Shown: positions 31,848-39,711 of the stretch, in pieces
How positions within the stretch are numbered: position 1 is the first letter of the stretch
How the letters are laid out: each line of letters opens with the position of its first letter
From: an uncultured Acidobacteriota bacterium
GTDB lineage: Bacteria; Acidobacteriota; UBA6911; RPQK01; JAPXNP01
Assembly: GCA_963777605.1 (NCBI GenBank)
Contig: CAVZRV010000031.1
Location: forward strand, 448,001-512,000
DNA: 64,000 nucleotides
Direction of reading: 5' to 3'
Made by a program: the position numbers and the translations under genes
Notes under the pieces: model-generated
The model's input: only the letters and a program-made list of their open reading frames with translations
What the model was told of the DNA's origin: nothing
Databases searched by the model: none

Positions 31848-31928
31848 CGGTAAAAACTCTCCACAGTCTAGCAGAAGAGAATTCCACAATTCTGCTAAAC
31901 TGGCTCGAGTTGGTTTCAGTTTTGGTAA

Positions 31929-31989
31929 CTAGTGTCCTGAGTGAGAAATTGGCAAAAGGCACGTGCGAGTTTCTGACTCAGAAAACTAG
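31929..31989. mobile_element. 61-bp MITE-like inverted repeat bounded by CTAG
   Basis: Left end CTAGTGTCCTGAGTGAGAAATT versus reverse complement of right end CTAGTTTTCTGAGTCAGAAACT (18/22 match). Confidence 0.45.
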
Positions 31990-32040
31990 CAGCTTGGCCG
32001 GCGCGTTTGGCCTTTCGAGTGGGAAGCGAAGCCCCGAGTG

Positions 32041-34155
32041 ATGAAACGACGGCTGGTTCGGAGCAGCGGTCGGTGCCTGTTGCTGATCCTGTTCGCATTT
32101 TCCGTGGCGAGTCTGGTTCCCCGGCCCGTGGAAGCCTACATCGGTCCAGGGGCCGGAATTGCCTTTGTTTCATCTTTTCTGGTCATTCTGGTTTCCTTTG
32201 CGCTGGCTATCGTCGCGATGCTTACCTGGCCGTTCCGGTGGCTCTACCAGACGGTCCGCTTCCGCAAAGCTCTGGGTCGAAGTCACGTTCGGCGCTGCAT
32301 CGTCCTCGGGCTCGACGGACAAGACCCGGAACTGACCGACCGCTACATGGCCGAGGGGTTACTGCCCAACTTCGAGCGCCTGCAAAAGGCCGGCTGCTAC
32401 AGGAGGCTTCGAACCACTCTTCCCGCCGAATCCCCGGTTGCCTGGTCCTCTTTTCAGACCGGGTGCAATCCGGGGCGGCATCGAGTTTTCGACTTCCTGG
32501 TACCGAACAGGAAGTCTTACCTTCCAGAACTTTGTTCGGCCAGGGTCGATCCGCCTCCGCGCCACTTCGAGATCGGCCGGTTTCGAATCCCAATCGGGAA
32601 GCCTCGAATCCGATTTGAACGCAAGAGCCAATCGTTCTGGAAAATCCTGGGTGATCACGGAATTTTCAGTACCATCCTTCGGGTCCCGGTCTCCTTTCCT
32701 CCCGAGCGATTCAAGGGACTCTTGTTGTCCGCCATGTCGGTTCCCGACCTGAGAGGCACCCAGGGCACATTCACCTACTTCAGCAGCGACCCCGAGGAGT
32801 GCCGCCGGGTCACGGGCGGCATGGTGGTTCCATTTCAACTCTCGAACGGATCCGCAACGGCTGTCCTGACCGGTCCGCCCAATCCCGTCCTGAAGTCCGA
32901 GGAAGCCCTGAGTCTACCGCTCGCCGTTAAACTCCCCTTGAACGGCCGACCGGCCTCGCTCGAAATCGAGGGGAAACGCTATGACCTGCCCCTGGGTGAC
33001 TACACTCCGTGGATCGATCTCGACTTCAAAACCGGCCTCGGAGCCCGCGTCCGAGGAATTTCGCGGTTCCTGCTCAAGGAGGTGGAGCCCCACGTACGCC
33101 TCTACATGACCCCGATCAATATTTCGCCGAGCAAGCCCGTGCTCCCCGTTTCCCACCCCTGGAGCTACGCCCTCTACCTGGCCAAGACCCAGGGTGAATT
33201 CGCCACCCTCGGTCTCGCCGAGGATACCTGGGCCCTCAACGAGAGGGTTCTCGACGAAGGGGACTTCCTGCGCCAGGCTTACCTGATCCATGAAGAACGG
33301 GAGAAGATGTACTTCGACGCCATCTCCAAGACTGGCCAGGGCCTGGTCGTCTGCGTTTTCGATCTCACCGACCGGTTGCAGCACATGTTCTTCCGTTACC
33401 TCGACCGGAATCATCCGTCGAACCGGGGGAAGGACCAGGAAAAACACCGAGATGCCATCCGGGACCTTTATGTGCGGATGGACGAACTGGTCGGCCGTAC
33501 CCTGGACAAGGTCGACGACGACACGGCGCTGATCGTGATGTCGGATCACGGCTTCAAACCATTTCGACGGGGCGTCAATTTGAACAGCTGGCTCTACCAG
33601 GAGGGGTACCTGGCCCTCAAGGGCGCACCCAGTGGTGCAGACTGGTTCGAAGGCGTTGACTGGGAGCACACTCGAGCCTACGCCGTGGGTCTGGGTGGCA
33701 TCTACTGCAACCTGAAGGGGCGGGAAGCGAAAGGCATCGTGGAGCCGGCAACCGAATATGAGGCCCTCAAACAGGAGATTCGGAAAGGACTCGAGACGCT
33801 GGTCGACCCCCAGGACGGATCGCGCGCGGTGACGCGAGTCTATGACACCGCAGAAGAATACCGGGGACCCTACGCGGCGGAAGGCCCCGACTTGATCGCT
33901 GGATTCAAGCCCGGCTACCGGGCGTCCTGGTCAAACGCGACCGGAGGAGTGACGGCCTCGGTTTTCGAAGACAACCTCAAGAGTTGGAGCGGCGACCACT
34001 GCATGAACCCGGCCGAAGTGCCGGGGATCTTCTTCTCGAATCGGAACGTGAAGGGTGAAGAGGTGGACATCACGGACATCGGTCCTTCGATCCTTGATCT
34101 CTTCGGAGTTCCCGTTCCGGCCTACTGCGATGGGAGACCTCAGTTTCAGCCATGA
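32041..34155 (+). CDS. AlkP-superfamily phosphodiesterase-like protein (COG3379-like) with signal peptide-YIGPG-TM anchor
   Basis: VLGLDG, TTLPAESPVAWSSFQTG.NPGRH.VFDF, DRLQH, MSDHGF, W..TRAYA.GLGG and WSGDH. The N-terminus reads ...PVEA|YIGPGAG, then a TM helix and a basic stretch. Confidence 0.88.
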   Translation: MKRRLVRSSGRCLLLILFAFSVASLVPRPVEAYIGPGAGIAFVSSFLVILVSFALAIVAMLTWPFRWLYQTVRFRKALGRSHVRRCIVLGLDGQDPELTDRYMAEGLLPNFERLQKAGCYRRLRTTLPAESPVAWSSFQTGCNPGRHRVFDFLVPNRKSYLPELCSARVDPPPRHFEIGRFRIPIGKPRIRFERKSQSFWKILGDHGIFSTILRVPVSFPPERFKGLLLSAMSVPDLRGTQGTFTYFSSDPEECRRVTGGMVVPFQLSNGSATAVLTGPPNPVLKSEEALSLPLAVKLPLNGRPASLEIEGKRYDLPLGDYTPWIDLDFKTGLGARVRGISRFLLKEVEPHVRLYMTPINISPSKPVLPVSHPWSYALYLAKTQGEFATLGLAEDTWALNERVLDEGDFLRQAYLIHEEREKMYFDAISKTGQGLVVCVFDLTDRLQHMFFRYLDRNHPSNRGKDQEKHRDAIRDLYVRMDELVGRTLDKVDDDTALIVMSDHGFKPFRRGVNLNSWLYQEGYLALKGAPSGADWFEGVDWEHTRAYAVGLGGIYCNLKGREAKGIVEPATEYEALKQEIRKGLETLVDPQDGSRAVTRVYDTAEEYRGPYAAEGPDLIAGFKPGYRASWSNATGGVTASVFEDNLKSWSGDHCMNPAEVPGIFFSNRNVKGEEVDITDIGPSILDLFGVPVPAYCDGRPQFQP

Positions 34156-36131
34156 GCATCCGGCGGACCCTCACAATTCTCTGCACGATTGCCCTGTTGC
34201 CTGCAGCAGCCTGTTCGAGCGATCAGGCGGGCGGACATCGGGTCATGGTTCTGGGCATTGACGGCATGGACCCCCGCCTCCTGAAGTCCTACCTGGACGA
34301 AGGAGTCATGCCCAATTTTCAGAGGGTAATCGAACGCGGGGCCTTCAAACCGCTCCAGACAACCATGCCGCCCCAAAGCCCGGTAGCCTGGTCGACATTT
34401 ATCACCGGCACGCCACCCGCAAAGCACGGAATCTTCGACTTTCTTCACCGCGACCCCAAGACGATGGTGCCCGAGTTTTCCATGGCCAAGACGGAGGGCT
34501 CGGACTGGAACCTCGACCTCGGTTCCTGGATTATTCCGCTCAGAGGCGCCAAGATCGAACAACTGCGCAAGGGGCGTGCGTTCTGGGAAATCCTGGATGA
34601 CCACGGAATTCCCAGTACGATCTTCCGCATGCCGGTGAACTTTCCGCCTGCGGCCGCCGGAAAGTCTCTTTCCGGAATGGGCACGCCGGACATTCTGGGC
34701 ACGGCCGGGACTTTCTACTTTTTTACGGATGAGTGGTTTCCCGAGGACAATTCCCTTTCCGGAGGACGGATCTTCCCCGTCAACGTGACCGACTACGCGG
34801 TAGACGCCCAACTGGTCGGCCCCCCCAATCCATACCGTCGAGAGGCGGATGCTGAATCGCCCGATAGAGAGATCAATCCCGAGATGCTGGTCGATTTTCA
34901 TGTTGACCTCGACCCGGAGAATGCGCTCGCCAAGATCTCGCTTCAGGACCAGGAGTTCATCCTGAAGCAGGGCGAGTGGAGCGACTGGGTGACCATCCAT
35001 TTCGAGGCGGTTCCCCACCTGGTCGAGGTCGACGCGATCGCCCGCTTCTACCTGCAGGAAGCCGCGCCGGATTTTCGCCTTTACGTAACGCCGATGCAGA
35101 TTGACCCGGCAAACCCGGCCATGCCCATCACCTACCCGGATGATTGGTCCCAGGAGCTCTACCAGGCCCTCGGCCGCTTCTACACCCAGGAACTCCCGGA
35201 AGACACCAAGGCATTCTCGGCCGGAATCTTCAACGGCCACGAGTTCTGGGATCAATCACAGTTTGTTTATCGCGAACAACGCAAGGCCCTCGACTACGCC
35301 CTGGACCACTTCCATGACGGACTGCTCTTCTTCTACATTTCGAGCATCGACCAGGGCTCCCACATGCTCTGGCGCTACAACGATCCGAAACACCCGGCAT
35401 ACGTCTACGACCCGATCCTGTCCCAGGCCCTGCGCACGCTCTACCGGGAAATGGACGAAGCCCTCGGCCGGGTTCTCCAGGCGATCGACGACGACACGAC
35501 CCTCATCGTGATGTCCGACCACGGATTCTGCGCGTTCTACTGGGAAGTCAATCTCAACACCTGGCTCGCAGAGAAAGGTTACGTGAGCCTGGTTCCCAAC
35601 GGGCAACGGCATGGGGGACCCATGTTTTCCGACGTGGACTGGACCAGGACCAGGGCTTACGCCCTCGGCCTGAACGGCGTCTACGTCAACTTGAAGGGAC
35701 GGGAGGAGCACGGGATCGTATCTCCCGGAGCCGAGTTCAACAGCGTCCTGGAACAACTGGAATCCGACCTGCTCGACTTGAAGGACCCTCGCAACGGTCG
35801 CAATGCCGTGAGCTACGTTTTGAGGGCGGGCAGGGATTACCCGATCGACCCCGATGGAAAAGCCCCGGACATGGTCGTGGGCTATGCGCGGGGGTACCGG
35901 AGTTCCTGGCAGAGTCCACTGGGGGAGTTTCCCGACCAGGTCTTCCTCGACAACCTGGATCCCTGGAGCGGGGATCACAGCGTGGATTCCCGGGAAGTCC
36001 CTGGAATCCTGGTCACCAACCGGCAGATCTCCCTCGACGAGCCGGCTCTGTACGACCTGACAGTGACGATCCTCAACGAGTTCGGCATCTCCAAACCACC
36101 CGAGATGGTCGGAAAGGATTGTCTTCAGTAG
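34152..36131 (+). CDS. AlkP-superfamily phosphodiesterase-like lipoprotein (COG3379-like), paralog of the upstream gene
   Basis: ATGA overlap with the previous stop; lipobox-like AAAC; VLGIDG, TTMPPQSPVAWSTFITG, DQGSH, MSDHGF, WTRTRAYALGLNG and WSGDH. Confidence 0.88.
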   Translation: MSIRRTLTILCTIALLPAAACSSDQAGGHRVMVLGIDGMDPRLLKSYLDEGVMPNFQRVIERGAFKPLQTTMPPQSPVAWSTFITGTPPAKHGIFDFLHRDPKTMVPEFSMAKTEGSDWNLDLGSWIIPLRGAKIEQLRKGRAFWEILDDHGIPSTIFRMPVNFPPAAAGKSLSGMGTPDILGTAGTFYFFTDEWFPEDNSLSGGRIFPVNVTDYAVDAQLVGPPNPYRREADAESPDREINPEMLVDFHVDLDPENALAKISLQDQEFILKQGEWSDWVTIHFEAVPHLVEVDAIARFYLQEAAPDFRLYVTPMQIDPANPAMPITYPDDWSQELYQALGRFYTQELPEDTKAFSAGIFNGHEFWDQSQFVYREQRKALDYALDHFHDGLLFFYISSIDQGSHMLWRYNDPKHPAYVYDPILSQALRTLYREMDEALGRVLQAIDDDTTLIVMSDHGFCAFYWEVNLNTWLAEKGYVSLVPNGQRHGGPMFSDVDWTRTRAYALGLNGVYVNLKGREEHGIVSPGAEFNSVLEQLESDLLDLKDPRNGRNAVSYVLRAGRDYPIDPDGKAPDMVVGYARGYRSSWQSPLGEFPDQVFLDNLDPWSGDHSVDSREVPGILVTNRQISLDEPALYDLTVTILNEFGISKPPEMVGKDCLQ

Positions 36132-36151
36132 CAGGAGGGATCGAAGCGACG

Positions 36152-36344
36152 ATGTTCAAGCCCAAAGTCAAGATTGAAAAGGCCCTCTACGAGAAGGTGA
36201 AAAAGTATTCTCAGCTCGCCGGTTACTCCTCAGTCGACGAGTTCATCACCCATGCCCTTGAAAAGGAAGTTGGCCAAGCTCGAAGATGCCGATTCGGAAG
36301 AGGAGATCAGGAACCGCCTGAAAGGACTGGGCTACATCTCCTGA
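36152..36344 (+). CDS. Small ribbon-helix-helix-like protein with C-terminal EEEIRNRLKGLGYIS motif; frameshift near 36271
   Basis: AGGAGG RBS; MFKPKVKIEKALYEKVKKYSQLAGYSSVDEFITHALEKE, then after removing one extra base (L/V)AKLEDADSEEEIRNRLKGLGYIS-stop (TGA 36342-36344). Confidence 0.7.
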
Positions 36345-36430
36345 GATGGCTTCCCGGGTGCAACCCGTTGGGGCCCGATCGAGGGGACCGAAGCCCCTGA
36401 AGTGGGACCAAGCGGAGTTTGCGAGGATAC

Positions 36431-37261
36431 GTGAACAACATCATCAACCTGGTCAACCGGTCACTTGAAGCCGCATTCGCGGTCCTGCTGGCACCCTTCA
36501 GCGGTGTCGGCCCTCTGATTCCGGTTCTGGTGATTTCGTTCCTGTCGGGACTCCTGATGTTGTGGGCCTTCGGCAAGTGGTCCGACCAGGAGAGAATTCG
36601 AGCGGCGAAGGACCGCATCCGGGGCCATCTCCTGGGAGTACGCCTTTACCAGCACGATGTCAGGGTCGTCCTTCGCCTTCAGGCGTCTATCCTCCGCCAG
36701 GTTGCTACCTATTTCCGACTCTCCCTTAGCCCGATCGTGGTCCTGATCGTGCCGCTTCTCCTGATACTTATCCAGCTCAACCTCTTCTTCTCGAACCGGC
36801 CCCTCCAGATCGGCCGTCCCACGGTACTGACCGTCAGGACCGACGACCGCTTCCGTCCCGGAACCGACATCGAGCTGCGCGCCTCCGATGGAATTACGGT
36901 CGAGACGGCGCCTGTCCACTCGAGCACGCGGCACGAGGTTTCCTGGCGGGTCCGAGCGGATCGTGCCGGCCGCTTTGCTGCCGTGATCGAAGCTGACGGC
37001 CGGTCACTTGAAAAATCGATCGTGGCCGGAAAACGATGGGCCGCAGTTTCTCCTACTCGAACCAGAAACTGGTTTGACCAGCTCTTTTTCTCGGGAGAAC
37101 CGCCCCTGCCCGGTTCGACGGGGATCACCGCGATTGAGCTCGCCTACCCGGCCCAGTCGATCGACTTGTTTGGATGGAAGACCGACTGGCTGGTTCTTTT
37201 CCTGGTTGTCTCAATTGTGACGGCATTTGCCATGAAACGGTTCTTCGGAATCGAGATTTAG
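36431..37261 (+). CDS. Membrane protein resembling DUF106/EMC3-TMCO1 (Oxa1 superfamily), with an inserted beta-rich domain
   Basis: Amphipathic N-helix, TM1 (PLIPVLVISFLSGLLMLWAF), charged coiled-coil (SDQERIRAAKDRIR...LRLQASILR), TM2 (SLSPIVVLIVPLLLILIQL), beta-rich insert, TM3 (WLVLFLVVSIVTAFAMKRFFGI). Confidence 0.55.
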   Translation: MNNIINLVNRSLEAAFAVLLAPFSGVGPLIPVLVISFLSGLLMLWAFGKWSDQERIRAAKDRIRGHLLGVRLYQHDVRVVLRLQASILRQVATYFRLSLSPIVVLIVPLLLILIQLNLFFSNRPLQIGRPTVLTVRTDDRFRPGTDIELRASDGITVETAPVHSSTRHEVSWRVRADRAGRFAAVIEADGRSLEKSIVAGKRWAAVSPTRTRNWFDQLFFSGEPPLPGSTGITAIELAYPAQSIDLFGWKTDWLVLFLVVSIVTAFAMKRFFGIEI

Positions 37262-37268
37262 GATTGCT

Positions 37269-37880
37269 GTGTTGAGAAATTGGTTTGGTACCGTCCTGCG
37301 CTGGAACCGGGCACCAGTCGTGATTGTCTCAGGCCTGCCTCGATCGGGCACCTCTCTGGTCATGCAGATGCTGAAAGCGGGGGGACTGGAACCGTTCACC
37401 GACACCGTGCGGCAAGCCGATGAGGACAATCCCAAAGGTTACTTAGAGCACGAACGGGTCAAAGAACTCAAAAGTGGCGCCGACAAGGCCTGGGTCAAAG
37501 ATGCCGGAGGCAAGGTGATCAAGGTCATCTCGCACCTGCTTCCCGAACTTCCGTCCGGTCTCCGTTACCAGGTGATTTTCCTGCGGAGAAATCTGGGCGA
37601 AATCATTGCATCGCAGAACAGGATGCTGGAACGTCGCGGCGAGCCGCTGGCGCAAGATGATGGGAGAACCAGGGAACTGTTCGAGACCCACCTGGCAAAG
37701 ATATTCAACTGGCTGCATTGCCAGCCGAATTTCCAGGTTGTAGAAATAGACTATGCGGAAATCATCGCGTCTCCGAAAGGTGCCGCCGAACGGATTCGGG
37801 AATTTCTGGAACGGGACCTGGACCTGGATCGAATGGCCGACGCGGTGGATCCCGCTCTCTATCGAAACAGGAGGACCTAG
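37269..37880 (+). CDS. PAPS-dependent sulfotransferase family protein
   Basis: VIVSGLPRSGTSLVMQML 5'-PSB loop, DEDNPKGYLE, VIFLRR..EIIASQ 3'-PB-like motif and C-terminal VDPALYRNR; no signal peptide. Confidence 0.88.
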   Translation: MLRNWFGTVLRWNRAPVVIVSGLPRSGTSLVMQMLKAGGLEPFTDTVRQADEDNPKGYLEHERVKELKSGADKAWVKDAGGKVIKVISHLLPELPSGLRYQVIFLRRNLGEIIASQNRMLERRGEPLAQDDGRTRELFETHLAKIFNWLHCQPNFQVVEIDYAEIIASPKGAAERIREFLERDLDLDRMADAVDPALYRNRRT

Positions 37881-37986
37881 TCGTTCACTGTCCCAGGCAT
37901 CAGTCGGCTGGAACACTCCGGCCGACGCCGCTGGTGACGGAACGGTTCGAGGAGAATAGAGGGTTACTTTTTGCGGAGTGAAACAC

Positions 37987-39711
37987 ATGAATTACAGTAG
38001 CGTCTGGAAGGCAGCCGGAGCCCTGCTCGTCATCGGGTTCGGCCTTTCCTGCTCGAATCAACCCGAATCAAGAGCCTATGAAAACCGCTGGGTCCGGATC
38101 CAGACGTCACTGGCAGACGACCAGGAACTGGGCCGTGTGACCGGCCTCGTGGAGAGAGCAGCCGCCCACGGCGTCAACGGGATCGCCCTTTCCGCCGGGC
38201 TCGACACTCTGGACTTGAAGCCTCCGGAATACTTTGAAAGGCTCCGGGCACTTCGCGAGGTCTGCCAGGAAAAAGGTGTCGATATCGTGCCCTCCTTCTG
38301 GTCTGCCGGATACGGGGGCGGGATCCTGGCCCACAACAGGAATCTGGCCGCCGGCCTTCCGGTCAGGGATGCTCTCTTCGTCACCCGGGGAGGAGTCGCT
38401 CAACTGGTGCCCGACCCGGACGCCCGCATCGAGAACGGCGGCTTTGAACAAGTCGAGAACGGTCTGCTGGTCGGATTCACGCAGCCCGGCTCCCTTGGGG
38501 AGGTGATCTCCCAGGACCGGGACGTAGCCCACGAAGGCCAGGCCTCTCTTCGATTCGAACGATTCAGCGAGTTTCCCCGGGAAGCGGGGCGCATCCACCA
38601 GCGTGTGCAAGTCAAACCCTACCGCCATTACCGCGTTTCGGGATGGGTCCGGACCGAAGGTCTCGATGCAGATGATCCTTTCGGCTCGGGGAACTTCCAG
38701 CTCGAAGTGACCGGGGGAGATGAAGCCCGAAGGCTCCAGTTCGAGAACCCCCGCTATGCACAGGACGGCGAGTGGCACCAGTTCTCGGTGGCTTTCAACA
38801 GCTGGGGCTACGACTGGGTTGAGCTCTCCCCGGTGGTCACCGATACCAAAGTGGGGCGCCTCTGGCTGGATGGGCTGAAGATCGAAGAAATCGCTCTCGT
38901 CAACGTACTCCGGCGCCCGGGAACTCCTCTCACGGTAAAAGGGGAGCAGTCCGGGATAGCTTACGAGGAAGGCAGGGACTTCGAACCGGTCGAGGATCCC
39001 CAGTTCGACTTTCGAGTGGCCCACGACGGTCCGGGCATCCGGCTCACCCGGGACAGCCGAATTCATGACGGAGAGCGGCTGCTGGTCAGTTTCTATCATC
39101 CTGCACTCATTTATCGCAGCCAGACTCCCATCTGCATGTCGGAACCGGAGACCTACGCCATATGGGAAACCCAGGCCGGGCTCGTTCACAAGGCATTGGA
39201 GCCCCGCAAGTACTTCCTCAACATGGATGAAATCCGGGTGGGGGGCTCCTGCGAGGCCTGCCGGTCACGGGGAATGACGAATGCCAAGATCCTGGGAGAC
39301 TGCATTACCCGCCAACACGATCTCCTCAAGACGGTCAACCCGGACGCGGAGATCTTCATCTGGTCGGACATGCTGGACCCGAACCACAACGCGCGGCCGG
39401 ACCGAAAATTCTACTACCTTGCCGAACAGAACTTCGTCGATTCCTGGAAGTACGTCCCCAGGGACCTGGGAATCGTTTGCTGGTATTACGACATCCGGGA
39501 GCGGAGCCTGGCCCATTTTTCCAATCTGGGCTTTCGGACGATGGCGGGTGCCTACTATGATGCAGATAACCTGGACAATCCAAAGGGATGGTTGAACGCA
39601 CTGGACAGGACACCGGGTGCCTGCGGGATTATGTACACCACCTGGCTCAACAAATATGACTTGATGGAAGAGTTCGGGGACCTGGTTTCCGGCAAAAGGA
39701 GCACGCAGTGA
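37987..39711 (+). CDS. Lipoprotein with CBM4/9-like insert and GH20-like TIM barrel
   Basis: Lipobox LSC; IENGGFE...YRVSGWVRTE...LWLDGLKIEE carbohydrate-binding module; YFLNMDEIR dyad and IFIWSDML.P.HN. Confidence 0.6.
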   Translation: MNYSSVWKAAGALLVIGFGLSCSNQPESRAYENRWVRIQTSLADDQELGRVTGLVERAAAHGVNGIALSAGLDTLDLKPPEYFERLRALREVCQEKGVDIVPSFWSAGYGGGILAHNRNLAAGLPVRDALFVTRGGVAQLVPDPDARIENGGFEQVENGLLVGFTQPGSLGEVISQDRDVAHEGQASLRFERFSEFPREAGRIHQRVQVKPYRHYRVSGWVRTEGLDADDPFGSGNFQLEVTGGDEARRLQFENPRYAQDGEWHQFSVAFNSWGYDWVELSPVVTDTKVGRLWLDGLKIEEIALVNVLRRPGTPLTVKGEQSGIAYEEGRDFEPVEDPQFDFRVAHDGPGIRLTRDSRIHDGERLLVSFYHPALIYRSQTPICMSEPETYAIWETQAGLVHKALEPRKYFLNMDEIRVGGSCEACRSRGMTNAKILGDCITRQHDLLKTVNPDAEIFIWSDMLDPNHNARPDRKFYYLAEQNFVDSWKYVPRDLGIVCWYYDIRERSLAHFSNLGFRTMAGAYYDADNLDNPKGWLNALDRTPGACGIMYTTWLNKYDLMEEFGDLVSGKRSTQ

